From the NCBI GenBank assembly GCA_963732385.1, contig CAVSZB010000003.1, positions 320,001 to 384,000 of the forward strand: a stretch of DNA of 64,000 nt. The letters are read 5' to 3'. The notes under the pieces were generated by a model. The model did no database searches. It saw only the letters and a program-made list of their open reading frames with translations, and was not told the DNA's origin. Source of the DNA: an uncultured bacterium (lineage in GTDB: Bacteria; Krumholzibacteriota; Krumholzibacteriia; LZORAL124-64-63). The position numbers and the translations under genes were made by a program. Below are positions 19,160 to 28,985 of the stretch, piece by piece. The first letter of the stretch is position 1; every line of letters starts with the position of its first letter.

Positions 19160-19957
19160 ATGAAGATGACGCGCCGATATCTGGCCCTGTTCGCCTTCGC
19201 GGCGGCAACTGTCCTGCTGATTCCCGCGGCCCGCTTCGGCTCCGGCGCCATGGTCTGGGCAGTGGCTCTGCTGCTGGCGCTGCGCGACCCCGAGCCGGCG
19301 TTCCGGCGACGGATGGGCTTGCTGCTCGGCGTGATCGCGTTGCTCGCCGCCGCGCCGATCCACACCGCGCTCGACAACCTGCATTTCGCCAGGCTGGGGG
19401 CGTTTTTCCTTGCGGTGGTGGTGGGGCCGGCGCTGATATTGCGGCGCACCGACCCGGGGCTGCTCGAATTCCGGCTGTGGCCGCGGCGGCTGCGGTGGCA
19501 GGACTTCGTCTACACGGCGCTCTCAGTGCCGCTCGCCTGGGCCGTGATCCGGCTGTACTTCCTCCACCTGACCCCGGAGATGCCGACCCACTGGTGGCTG
19601 CCGGCGCAGCCGGGCCACGACGGGATCTGGCGCCTGATCGTCGGCATCAACTGCGTCGGAATCTGGGACGAGTTGTTCTTCGTCAACACCGTGTACGCCC
19701 TGCTGCGTTCGCTCTTCCCGCGGCGCGTGGCCAACGCGGCGCAGGCGGTCGTCTACACGTCGGTGCTCTACGACATGGCTTTCACCGGCGCCGGACCGGT
19801 CATCGTGTACCTGTTCGCGCTGACGCAGGGGGCGATGTACGAAGGGTCGCGCTCGTTGCTGTGGGTGCTGGTCGTCCACCTGATCGTGGACTTTTTCCTG
19901 GTCGCGGCCATTCTGCACCACTACTACGGGCCGGCCGTGTCTCACCTGGTGTTCTGA
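19160..19957 (+). CDS. CPBP/Abi (CAAX-like) intramembrane metalloprotease family protein
   Basis: WDELFF motif, QG.MYE.SRSL..VL.VHLIVD, many TM segments; start chosen 7 nt after TATGAT (alternative 19148). Confidence 0.8.
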   Translation: MKMTRRYLALFAFAAATVLLIPAARFGSGAMVWAVALLLALRDPEPAFRRRMGLLLGVIALLAAAPIHTALDNLHFARLGAFFLAVVVGPALILRRTDPGLLEFRLWPRRLRWQDFVYTALSVPLAWAVIRLYFLHLTPEMPTHWWLPAQPGHDGIWRLIVGINCVGIWDELFFVNTVYALLRSLFPRRVANAAQAVVYTSVLYDMAFTGAGPVIVYLFALTQGAMYEGSRSLLWVLVVHLIVDFFLVAAILHHYYGPAVSHLVF

Positions 19958-19994
19958 GCGACGGAGCGGTGGGCGCGGTCGCCAGGCGGCGCGG

Positions 19995-20711
19995 TCAGGG
20001 GCGCCGAAACGCGAAGACGCTGCCGCCCGGTGCGTCTGTGCGGAACGGCGCGCCGGCGAAGTCCCCCCAGTGTCCCTGTTCGACGAAGCCGGCCGCTGTG
20101 TGCAGGCGCCGGACCTCGTCGGCGCACACCGGGAAGAGGTCGACTTCGCCCTCGAATACGATGCGGTCAGGGAACGCCAGGCGGGTGGCGAAACGCAGCC
20201 GCTGCGGTGTGAGGTCGAGATAGGCGCGGGAAAACAGGGCGCCGTCAGGCAGGGAGCGTTCGGGGAAGCGGAACTCCGGCCGGCCCAGACCCAGGATGTG
20301 GTCCCAGTTGACGGTCTGCTGCACCCAGATACCGCCGGGCGACAGGGCGGCGTGGAGCTTCGCCAGCAGGCTCGGCAGCCGAGCCGGCGGAACGTGCGCA
20401 AGCACGTTGCCGATGCTGTACACCAGGTCGTACCGGCCGGAGACCTGGTCGAGATCGAGCAGGTCGAGCGCGTGGAAGCGGACCGCGGGGTAGGCGCGCG
20501 CGGCGGCCGCGATCATGGCGGGGTCGAGGTCCAGGCCGACTGCCGCGTGGCCGGTGGCGGCGAAACGGCCGCAGTAGTGCCCCGTGCCGCAGCCGAGGTC
20601 GAGCACGCGGCGCGCGCCGGGGGCGAGCCGGACCGCCAGGAACGCGAAGACCGGCTCCCGGAACGGGAAGACCGCCTCGTAGTGCGCGGCGAAATCTGAG
20701 TAGAAGGACAT
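19995..20711 (-). CDS. Class I SAM-dependent methyltransferase
   Basis: VLDLGCGTG, GLDLDPAMI, SIGNVLAH, LSPGG. Confidence 0.9.
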   Translation of the reverse strand: MSFYSDFAAHYEAVFPFREPVFAFLAVRLAPGARRVLDLGCGTGHYCGRFAATGHAAVGLDLDPAMIAAAARAYPAVRFHALDLLDLDQVSGRYDLVYSIGNVLAHVPPARLPSLLAKLHAALSPGGIWVQQTVNWDHILGLGRPEFRFPERSLPDGALFSRAYLDLTPQRLRFATRLAFPDRIVFEGEVDLFPVCADEVRRLHTAAGFVEQGHWGDFAGAPFRTDAPGGSVFAFRRP

Positions 20712-20864
20712 CGGAACGTCGGCCTCCCGGTGCTCGCGCGCCTGCTCGCACGGCCCCCGCCTTGCGCAGGGGGATCTTGCCCACGCGCAGAGCCGTTCAT
20801 ATTGTACAGTCGACCTGGCGGGAGCGCTGCGGCTCGCCCGGAAACACCGCCGACCGGAGGCCGC

Positions 20865-21866
20865 ATGAAGCCCGATTTCTGGCCCGAGCTGCCGCAACCC
20901 TTTTTCTGTCTTGCCCCCATGGAGGACGTGACCGACACCGTCTTCCGCGAAATCGTGCTGCAGGAATCGGCGCCCGGCTGCCTGCACGTCCTCTTCACGG
21001 AGTTCACTTCGACCGACGGACTCTGTCATCCCAAGGCCCGCGCCCGGGTGGCGCTGCGCCTGCGGGTGAACGAAAGCGAGCGACGCCTGCTGCGCGAGCG
21101 CGGCGCGAAGATCGTGGCGCAGATCTGGGGGAACAACCCGGAGAAGTACCGCCAGGCCGTGCGCCTGATCCGCGACGAGATGGACTTCGACGGCATCGAT
21201 GTCAACATGGGGTGCCCGGTGAAGGAGGTCGTCAGGCGGGGCAGCTGCGCCGCCCTGATCGGCGATCCCGAGCGCGCGAAAGAGATCGTGCTCGCCGCGA
21301 AGGAGGAGGCCGACGTTCCGGTGAGCGTGAAGACCCGCACCGGCCTGAACGAGCATGTCACCGAGAGCTGGATCAGCCACCTGCTCGACGTCGCACCCGC
21401 CGCGATCATCCTGCACGGCCGCACGCAGAAGGCGCTGTCGAAGCTCCCCGCCGACTGGGACGAGATCGCCAAGGCGGTGCGTCTGCGCGATGCGCGCGGC
21501 TCGACCACGGTCATCGCCGGCAACGGCGATGTGGCCTCGCTGACCGACGCGCGGGTGAAGGCGGCTGCCTCGGGCGTGGCCGGGGTGATGGTGGGCCGGG
21601 GGATCTTCCGCGATCCGTGGTTCTTCCGCGACCGGCCCCCGGAGGCGACGCGCGAGGAGCGGCTGGACCTGCTGTGGCGCCACACCCGGCTGTTCGCCGA
21701 GACGTGGGGCGACACCAAGCATTTTCCTATCCTCAAGAAGTTCTACCGGATCTACGCTTCAGGTTTCCCCGATGCCTCGGGGCTGCGCGTACGTCTGATG
21801 GCGGCGTCGAATCCCGCCGACGTGCGCGCAGCCCTCGACGCCTGTGCCGGCGTTGGAGAGGCCTAG
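20865..21866 (+). CDS. tRNA-dihydrouridine synthase (Dus family)
   Basis: LAPMEDVTD, AQIWG, DVNMGCP, SVKTRTG, HGRT, GNGDV, GVMVGRG. Confidence 0.95.
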   Translation: MKPDFWPELPQPFFCLAPMEDVTDTVFREIVLQESAPGCLHVLFTEFTSTDGLCHPKARARVALRLRVNESERRLLRERGAKIVAQIWGNNPEKYRQAVRLIRDEMDFDGIDVNMGCPVKEVVRRGSCAALIGDPERAKEIVLAAKEEADVPVSVKTRTGLNEHVTESWISHLLDVAPAAIILHGRTQKALSKLPADWDEIAKAVRLRDARGSTTVIAGNGDVASLTDARVKAAASGVAGVMVGRGIFRDPWFFRDRPPEATREERLDLLWRHTRLFAETWGDTKHFPILKKFYRIYASGFPDASGLRVRLMAASNPADVRAALDACAGVGEA

Positions 21867-22609
21867 AACCCGCCCGCCAGCACCACGCCGAACAGGATGT
21901 TGTCCGGCTCGGCCGCCGCGTCGCGCAGTTCCGTGGTGAGCAGGGCCGTGTAGCCGAGCGTCGGCCGCACGGTCAGCAGCGGCGTGACCGCGATGTCCAT
22001 GGAGAGCGTCAGGCCGGCGTCAGTCGGGCCGGCGGTCGGCGCGCCGTAGTTGTAGCCGTTGTGCTTCTCGTCGCCCCAGCCGAGCGATGCGGCCAGATCG
22101 AGCGCCGTGGTCCCGATCGGCAGTGCGTGACCGACGCCGAACAGCACATAGGTGCCTTCGCTTTCGTCGATGTCGCGATAGATCCCGAGAGAGGGGGAGG
22201 CCAGAACGCCGACGCTCCCGCTGACGAACAACTCGGTCGTCGCCGCGAAGTCGTCCTGCGGGAAGGCGTAGTGCAGGGCGCCGGCCGAGAGTTCCACCAG
22301 CGCCACGCCCAGGGTATAGGCGGCCGTATAGTCGATCTCGCTGAGATTGTTCTGGTGGTCGTTCACATCGTCGAGGTCCAGGTTGCCCCACGCGCTGACC
22401 TCGAACCCGCCCAGGCCGAGCGCGACATTTGGCTGGACGACCCAGCCGTCGGTCATCACGCCGCCCCGCCACAAATACTTGTTCAGCACCGCGGCCTCGG
22501 CCGAGATACTGGGGGTCAGCTGGGCCGCCACGTTCGTCGCCAGGCACAGGCAGACTGTCAGACAGGCGAGGCTGCCCGTTGTCCGGCGGAGAGCGCAATT
22601 CCTGTTCAT
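21863..22609 (-). CDS. TorF/Gcw_chp-like putative porin
   Basis: Signal peptide, KYLWRG, VQP, EIDY...Y, beta-strand periodicity, terminal Phe. Confidence 0.7.
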   Translation of the reverse strand: MNRNCALRRTTGSLACLTVCLCLATNVAAQLTPSISAEAAVLNKYLWRGGVMTDGWVVQPNVALGLGGFEVSAWGNLDLDDVNDHQNNLSEIDYTAAYTLGVALVELSAGALHYAFPQDDFAATTELFVSGSVGVLASPSLGIYRDIDESEGTYVLFGVGHALPIGTTALDLAASLGWGDEKHNGYNYGAPTAGPTDAGLTLSMDIAVTPLLTVRPTLGYTALLTTELRDAAAEPDNILFGVVLAGGF

Positions 22610-22727
22610 GATTCGATCCTCCCTGAAAACCGTTCGCCGCCAGGCATTGCGCCCGCACCGACCCGGCCCGGCCGCTGGTGCAACGCCTGCCGCACTGATT
22701 CCGGATTATCGGTCAGGCGGGAAAAGA

Positions 22728-22755
22728 GTTGAGCCGGTGTTTCCGCCGGCTCAAC
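22728..22755 (-). terminator. Intrinsic terminator after 22803-23591
   Basis: GTTGAGCCGG/CCGGCTCAAC stem followed by TCTTTT on the minus strand. Confidence 0.7.
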
Positions 22756-22802
22756 GAACCAATGGCAACGCCGGCTCTCGTCCGGACAGGCTGAACGACG
22801 CC

Positions 22803-23591
22803 CTACTGCCCGTCGCCCGGCTGTTCCGCCGGGCGCGACTCCTCCGCCGGAGGCGCGTCAACGGGCGGCGCCATCATTGCCGGCGGCGGCGACGCGGCGG
22901 CGCGCGAACAGTCGGGGGAAAGCACGGCGTCCGCCGGGGTGTATTGTCCGGCGCGGCCCTCGGCGTCGGTCAGCGTCAGGATTCCGTTCTCGATCCGGAA
23001 AGATGCCTTGCGCGCGGGGGCCTCCGCCAGCCGCAGTTCGACCGAGTCGGCGGTCACCGTGTAGGTTCCCTCGATCGTCTGCATCGGCAGCCGGAAATAG
23101 AAGGCGCCGCCGGGCGCGTAGGCTTCGTAGGCCGAGGCGCCGGCAGGATGACGATAGGTCCAGGTTCCGGACACCAAAGTGCCCTTGACCTGCCTGCCGC
23201 TGCGGACCAGCACCTGCTGCCGGCCCTCGACGGTCGGGATGATCGTCAGGGTGTCGCCCTGGACGCGGAAGCCGGTCACGCGGGATTGCCCTGCGCTGTC
23301 GCCCACCGCGACCGTCAGCTGATCGCCGGCGACGGTGTACTTGCCGTCCACCATGGCCCCGACGGTGTAGTAGACCTTGTTGTCGGCGGTCATCTCCATC
23401 GTGTTGCCGATCGCCCCCTGGGAGCGCTCCACGGACTCCCAGCGTCCGACGAGCCCCTTGTTCGCGCCGCCGGCTTTGCCGCCCTTGCCACTGCACGACG
23501 AGAGACCGACCGCCAGCAACAACGTCAGCAGCGACAGCAGAAGCGGGCGAACAGGAACTGAAAGCGACCAGCGACAATGCGCCCCGGACAT
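22803..23591 (-). CDS. Hypothetical lipoprotein with two lipocalin-like beta repeats
   Basis: Lipobox LSSC; repeated LVG.W / GxYxVxxDxL motifs; Pro-rich tail. Confidence 0.7.
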   Translation of the reverse strand: MSGAHCRWSLSVPVRPLLLSLLTLLLAVGLSSCSGKGGKAGGANKGLVGRWESVERSQGAIGNTMEMTADNKVYYTVGAMVDGKYTVAGDQLTVAVGDSAGQSRVTGFRVQGDTLTIIPTVEGRQQVLVRSGRQVKGTLVSGTWTYRHPAGASAYEAYAPGGAFYFRLPMQTIEGTYTVTADSVELRLAEAPARKASFRIENGILTLTDAEGRAGQYTPADAVLSPDCSRAAASPPPAMMAPPVDAPPAEESRPAEQPGDGQ

Positions 23592-23962
23592 GGCGGCGAC
23601 CTCCGGAAACGGGTGGCAGGCATGGCGAGATCGGCCCCGCGCTCCACGTCTCGAGGCGCGCGCGCGAGAAGTGCCAATAGTAGGCCGGAGAGGGGGGCGG
23701 CGCCACGGCAATTCCGGGCGGGACCGGTGGCGGCGGTGAGCAGGGACACGGGCAGCTCCGTTCTCAAGGTGGCGCGCGTGGTCCCGCGCGGAGTAGGATC
23801 GGCCCGTTCGGGCGGTGCGTTCGCGACTTCCCCCCGCTTTCCCGCCCGGACAGGCCGCGTGCCGTCCCTGGAGGTGCCATGGTTCCGCCGCCGGAGCTCC
23901 GGATCCTGGGTCGCAGATGCGCCTGGGGCGCCACACGGTCCGTCCGCGCCGGCAGGTACGCC

Positions 23963-25771
23963 ATGCCGTGGGCGCTGGTCGTGCTCGTCGCAATCTTCGC
24001 GGGCGCCGCGCCGGTTGATCCGGCTGCTCCGGCCGCTCCGCTTGCCCCGCCGCCCGGCGTGCCCGACTCCCTAGTCACCTGCTTCGAGCGCTCGGGCGGC
24101 ACGGAGACCCCGCGCTACGACGAAGCGGTCGCATGGTGCCGCACCCTGGATGCCGCCTCGTCCCGGGTCACGTACACGACCTTCGGCGTGAGCCCGCAGG
24201 GGCGACCGCTGCCGCTCGTGATCGTCGACCGCGACGGTCTGGCCACGCCGGCCGCGGCGCGCGCGGCCGGCCGCGCGGTCGTCTGGGTGCAGGCCTGCAT
24301 CCACGCCGGCGAGCCGGACGGCAAGGACGCCGGCTTCCTGCTGCTGCGGGACCTGGCCGTGACCCGGCGCCTCGACCGTCTGCTCGACGGTGTGACGCTC
24401 CTGTTCCTGCCGATCTTCAACGTGGACGGCCACGAGCGTTGCGGCCCGTACAACCGCATCAACCAGGACGGCCCCCTGGAGATGGGGTGGCGCACCACCG
24501 CGGCCGGCCTCAATCTCAATCGCGACCATCTGAAGGCCGACACGCCGGAAATTCAGGCGTGGCTGCGGCTGTTTACCGCCTGGCTGCCCGACCTGCTGGT
24601 GGACTGCCACGTCACCGACGGCGCCGATTACCAGTATGTTCTCACCTACGCCCTCGAAACGTGCGGCAATCTCGACGCCGGACTGACTGCCTGGACCCGG
24701 GACGAATTCCTCGCGTCGCTGCAGCACGCGCTCGCGGCGCGCGACCTGGAGATGGCCCCCTATGTGATGTTCCGCGAGTGGCACGACCCGCGCAGTGGCC
24801 TCAGGGCCGGCGCCGCTCCGCCGCGGTTCATGACCGGCTACGCAGCCCAGCAGAATCGTCCGGCCCTGCTGCTCGAGACGCACATGATGAAGGACTACCG
24901 CACGCGCGTGGCGGCGACCCGCGCCGTTCTCGATGAGGTGCTCGGCGTGGTGGCGCGCGACCATGTCCGTCTGCGGCGGCTCACCGCGGCGGCCGACAGC
25001 GCCGTCGCCGCCCCCGCCTTCCGCGCGACGCCATTCCCGCTCGAGTTCGAAGCCACGTCCGACAGCACGCTGATCGACTTCCGCGGCGTGGCGTTCGACG
25101 TCGTCACCAGCGACCTGACCGGCGGACCGTGGGTCCGCTATGACCGGAGCCGCCCGCTCGTCTGGCGCGTGCCGTATTTCGACGACGTGCATCCGTCCGT
25201 CAGCGTGCAGCTGCCGGCGGCCTACGTCATTCCCCCGGAGTGGGAGGATCTCACGCAGCGCCTGCTGCTGCACGGCGTGGCGGCGCGTCGCCTCGAGCGC
25301 GATACCGCGCTGCCGGTGGCGGCTCAGCGCCTGAGCGCCGCGAAGTGGCGGGAAAAGCCGTACGAGGGGCGTCACACGCTCACCTGTACCGTGGAGGAAT
25401 TCGCCGAGACGCGCCTCTTCCCGGCCGGCAGCGCGGTGATCGACCTCGGCCAGCGCACGGCGCGCGTCATCGCGCACGCGCTCGAACCGGCCGGCCCCGA
25501 CGCCTTCGTGCGCTGGGGTTTCTGCGATGCGATCTTCGAGCAGAAGGAGTACGCCGAAGCCTACGTGATGGAGGTCAAGGCGCGCGAGATGCTGGCCGCC
25601 GACCCGGCGCTGCGGGCGGAGTTCGCGGCCGCTCAGGCGGCCGATCCGGAGTTCGCGCAGGATCAGGACGCCATGCTCAACTGGTTCTTCCAGCGCACCC
25701 CGTGGTGGGACCAGCGGATCGGCGTCTACCCGGTCGGGCGGATCATGAATGGGGCGGATGTGCCGCAGTGA
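23963..25771 (+). CDS. Secreted M14 zinc carboxypeptidase (start uncertain)
   Basis: IHAGE.DGK, FNVDGHER, NLNRD, DCHVTDG. Confidence 0.9.
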   Translation: MPWALVVLVAIFAGAAPVDPAAPAAPLAPPPGVPDSLVTCFERSGGTETPRYDEAVAWCRTLDAASSRVTYTTFGVSPQGRPLPLVIVDRDGLATPAAARAAGRAVVWVQACIHAGEPDGKDAGFLLLRDLAVTRRLDRLLDGVTLLFLPIFNVDGHERCGPYNRINQDGPLEMGWRTTAAGLNLNRDHLKADTPEIQAWLRLFTAWLPDLLVDCHVTDGADYQYVLTYALETCGNLDAGLTAWTRDEFLASLQHALAARDLEMAPYVMFREWHDPRSGLRAGAAPPRFMTGYAAQQNRPALLLETHMMKDYRTRVAATRAVLDEVLGVVARDHVRLRRLTAAADSAVAAPAFRATPFPLEFEATSDSTLIDFRGVAFDVVTSDLTGGPWVRYDRSRPLVWRVPYFDDVHPSVSVQLPAAYVIPPEWEDLTQRLLLHGVAARRLERDTALPVAAQRLSAAKWREKPYEGRHTLTCTVEEFAETRLFPAGSAVIDLGQRTARVIAHALEPAGPDAFVRWGFCDAIFEQKEYAEAYVMEVKAREMLAADPALRAEFAAAQAADPEFAQDQDAMLNWFFQRTPWWDQRIGVYPVGRIMNGADVPQ

Positions 25772-25841
25772 GAGGGGCGCGGCAGGACACCGGCGCCACA
25801 GGCACGAAGGCGTTGGCGTCGTCGTCAGTGGCCCGAAGGTG

Positions 25842-26405
<564 letters not shown>

Positions 26406-26563
26406 ACGAGTATGTCGAAGCGGTCCGGTCCGCCAGCCGCCACCGCCAAAACATATATCTGACCGAACCTTCCCCGTGCCGCGTGCGTCCCGGGGAGCAG
26501 GATGGCGAAGCGGACCGATCCCGGCCGACCGGGATGACGAGACCGAGAAGACCGAGGAGACCG

Positions 26564-27130
26564 ATGGAGCTGCCCGAACTGCTCGCGCGCTGTCGCCATG
26601 GCGACGAGCTGGCCTGGGAGGAGCTGATCCGTCAGCACCAGGCCCGGGTCTACGGGATCGCCCTCGGGTACACCGGCAACGCGGAGGAGGCGAGGGACGT
26701 GGCGCAGGAGGTGTTCGTGCGGGTCTGGAAACGGCTCGACCGCTGCCCCGACCCGGCGCTGTTCCAGCCCTGGTTGATCCGCGTGGCGCGCAACGCCTGC
26801 GTGGATCACCTGCGTCGCCGCAAGGCGCGGCCGCCGGCGCAGGATGTCCCGGCCGACGAGCTGCGGCATCTCGCCTCCGCCGCGCCGACCCCCGCCGAGG
26901 CCTACGACGCCGAATCGCGCCGCCGCCTGGTCTACCGGGCGCTGCAGGCGCTGAGCGAAATCAACCGCGAGATGATCCTGCTCAAGGATGTGCAGGGACT
27001 CGCGCTCGAAGAGATCGCGTCGATGCTGAACGTTCCCCTCGGGACGGTCAAGTCGCGCACGAATCGCGCCCGTCTCGAGTTGGCGCGGGCGGTCATGGCG
27101 ATCGAGGGCGGCTCCGCCGCCGGCGTCTGA
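26564..27130 (+). CDS. ECF RNA polymerase sigma factor
   Basis: EARDVAQEVF, WL.RVARN.C.D.LR, EIA.ML.VPLGTVKSR..RAR. Confidence 0.95.
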   Translation: MELPELLARCRHGDELAWEELIRQHQARVYGIALGYTGNAEEARDVAQEVFVRVWKRLDRCPDPALFQPWLIRVARNACVDHLRRRKARPPAQDVPADELRHLASAAPTPAEAYDAESRRRLVYRALQALSEINREMILLKDVQGLALEEIASMLNVPLGTVKSRTNRARLELARAVMAIEGGSAAGV

Positions 27131-27150
27131 CCAGGGAGAGGAGGCACGTC

Positions 27151-28050
27151 ATGGACAGCAGGGACTGGGAAAAGCTCTGGGACGACCTCCTCGAAGGGTG
27201 TTCCGACGTCACGACCCCTGCCGACGCTCCCGACCTGACGGCGGCGGTGCTCGCGCGCACGTCGGGTTCGGCCTGCGGACGGGCCGGCGGCCTGCTCGCC
27301 GCGTTCGCCGACGGCGCCCCGGACCTCGGCGATGCGCAACTGCTGCACGCGCACCTCGAACGTTGCCCCGCCTGTCACGCTCTGGCCGCAACGCTCGCCT
27401 GGTTGACGCCCGAGCTGCGCGGCATGGCCGAGGTCGCGCCCGATCCCGCCTTCCTTGCCGACGTGTTGGCCGCCACCGCGCGCCTGAGGGCGTCGTCGTT
27501 GGCTCGCGCGCGGCGACAGGCCCGCTTCGCCGGCCGTATCGAAGCCGTGGCCGGGCTGGCCGGCGTCTGGTGGCGGCGACAGCTGGAGCGGCCCCGCTTC
27601 GCGCTCGAGTTTGCCTACGTGGCCACGATGATCCTGCTCGCGCTCTGCGCGACCCCCGTGTCGCCGCTGCGCTCGGCGCCGCAGAAAGCGCTCGCGGTCG
27701 TGGAGGCGAGCCCGGCCGGCCTGGCGACCGTTTCAGCCTGGGTCTGGAGGGCGTTGCCAGCGAGCGTGGCCGATGTCGGTCGCGTTGCCTGGGGCGTTAC
27801 CGGCGGTCGGGTCACCGGCGCCATCAGCACCACCGCCGACCGGCTCGCGGCGCGCGGTCGCCGCACCGACCCGTTGCGCGCCGACCTGGCGCGGCATCTC
27901 GGCGACACCGGCCGCGCGCTCGTGCAGTTCAATTTCGTAAAGGCGGCCGGCGATTGGAACCAGGCCCGCGCCGATCTGTCGGCTCTATGGAGTGCGTGGC
28001 GCATGGGCGGGAGGATCCCCGCTGCCGGCGATGCGCGCACCCGGGCGTGA
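27151..28050 (+). CDS. Zinc-binding (zf-HC2) transmembrane anti-sigma factor
   Basis: HLERCPAC motif, TM segment, immediately after the ECF sigma gene. Confidence 0.85.
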   Translation: MDSRDWEKLWDDLLEGCSDVTTPADAPDLTAAVLARTSGSACGRAGGLLAAFADGAPDLGDAQLLHAHLERCPACHALAATLAWLTPELRGMAEVAPDPAFLADVLAATARLRASSLARARRQARFAGRIEAVAGLAGVWWRRQLERPRFALEFAYVATMILLALCATPVSPLRSAPQKALAVVEASPAGLATVSAWVWRALPASVADVGRVAWGVTGGRVTGAISTTADRLAARGRRTDPLRADLARHLGDTGRALVQFNFVKAAGDWNQARADLSALWSAWRMGGRIPAAGDARTRA

Positions 28051-28110
28051 TCCCGTGCCCACTCGAGTTCTGCAACCGTAGACGAAGACGATAGAAAGAA
28101 GGAGGCAGTC

Positions 28111-28731
28111 ATGAACATCCTGCATCAACTGCGTCGCGAAGATCGGCCCGGCGAAGTCGGCTCGGGCGCGGGCGCGGGCCCCGCCGCCGGCGCCGGCCCC
28201 GGCACGTCGCCGCCCCCGCCCCCCGCCTGGGCCCCGCCGCCCCGGCTGGCGGATGCGAACCAGAAGTCGACGGTTCTGGCCGGTTTCCTGTCGGCGATCT
28301 TTCCCGGCCTCGGGCAGATCTACGTCGGCTACTACCAGCGCGGCGCGACATTCACTCTCACGGAGGCCGCGATCATCTCGGTCCTGGCCGGCGGCTTGAT
28401 GCATGGGCTGGAGCCGCTGCTCGGCATCGCGATCGGCTTCATTTGGTTCCTCGGCATCATCGACGCCAATCGTCTGGCGAATCTCTATAACCAGGCGATG
28501 CAGGGACGTTCCGCCCTGAACCTGCCGGAAGGTTTCCAGCTGCCGCGTGAGCGCGGATCGTACGCCGGAGGCGCCGTGCTGGTCGTACTGGGCCTGCTGC
28601 TGTTCCTGAATCGCAACTTCGACTTCTCGCTCGAATGGCTCGAGGACTGGTGGCCGCTCGGCGTGATGGGCCTGGGCATCTGGCTGATCGTGAAGGCGCG
28701 CCGTGGACGCGCTTCGCGGGCGGACGCCTGA
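28111..28731 (+). CDS. Membrane protein, TM2-like N-terminus and DUF5668/LiaF-TM-like C-terminus
   Basis: LAGFLSAIFPGLGQIYVG; GAVLVVLGLLLFL...WWPL...GLG. Confidence 0.75.
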   Translation: MNILHQLRREDRPGEVGSGAGAGPAAGAGPGTSPPPPPAWAPPPRLADANQKSTVLAGFLSAIFPGLGQIYVGYYQRGATFTLTEAAIISVLAGGLMHGLEPLLGIAIGFIWFLGIIDANRLANLYNQAMQGRSALNLPEGFQLPRERGSYAGGAVLVVLGLLLFLNRNFDFSLEWLEDWWPLGVMGLGIWLIVKARRGRASRADA

Positions 28732-28789
28732 CCCCCGAACGTCCATCAGGAGCCGACCGAGTCGTACGGATTCGGTGGACCTAAACGCA

Positions 28790-28819
28790 AAGGCGGGGAC
28801 CCGTGAGGGTTCCCGCCTT
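28790..28819 (+). terminator. Terminator-like hairpin after the ECF operon
   Basis: AAGGCGGGGACCC-GTGA-GGGTTCCCGCCTT, 13-bp stem with GNRA loop. Confidence 0.65.
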
Positions 28820-28985
28820 CGTCGTGGCCGGGGATCTGTCCTGGCGCGTGCTCCGGCAGCCACCGCACGAACACGCTCCGCGGAACCCCTGTCGATACAA
28901 TTCTTGCATACCGGGCCGGGAAAGCGGCTAGAGTGGGCGCTGTTTCCCGCGCCGCGGCGCCATTCCCGTGCGAAAAGAGCGCCCA

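Noticed and set aside
22665..22700. Possible sigma54 promoter upstream of the TorF-like porin (GGCAGGCGTTGCA)
   Set aside because: GG-to-GC spacing is 8 nt rather than the required 10
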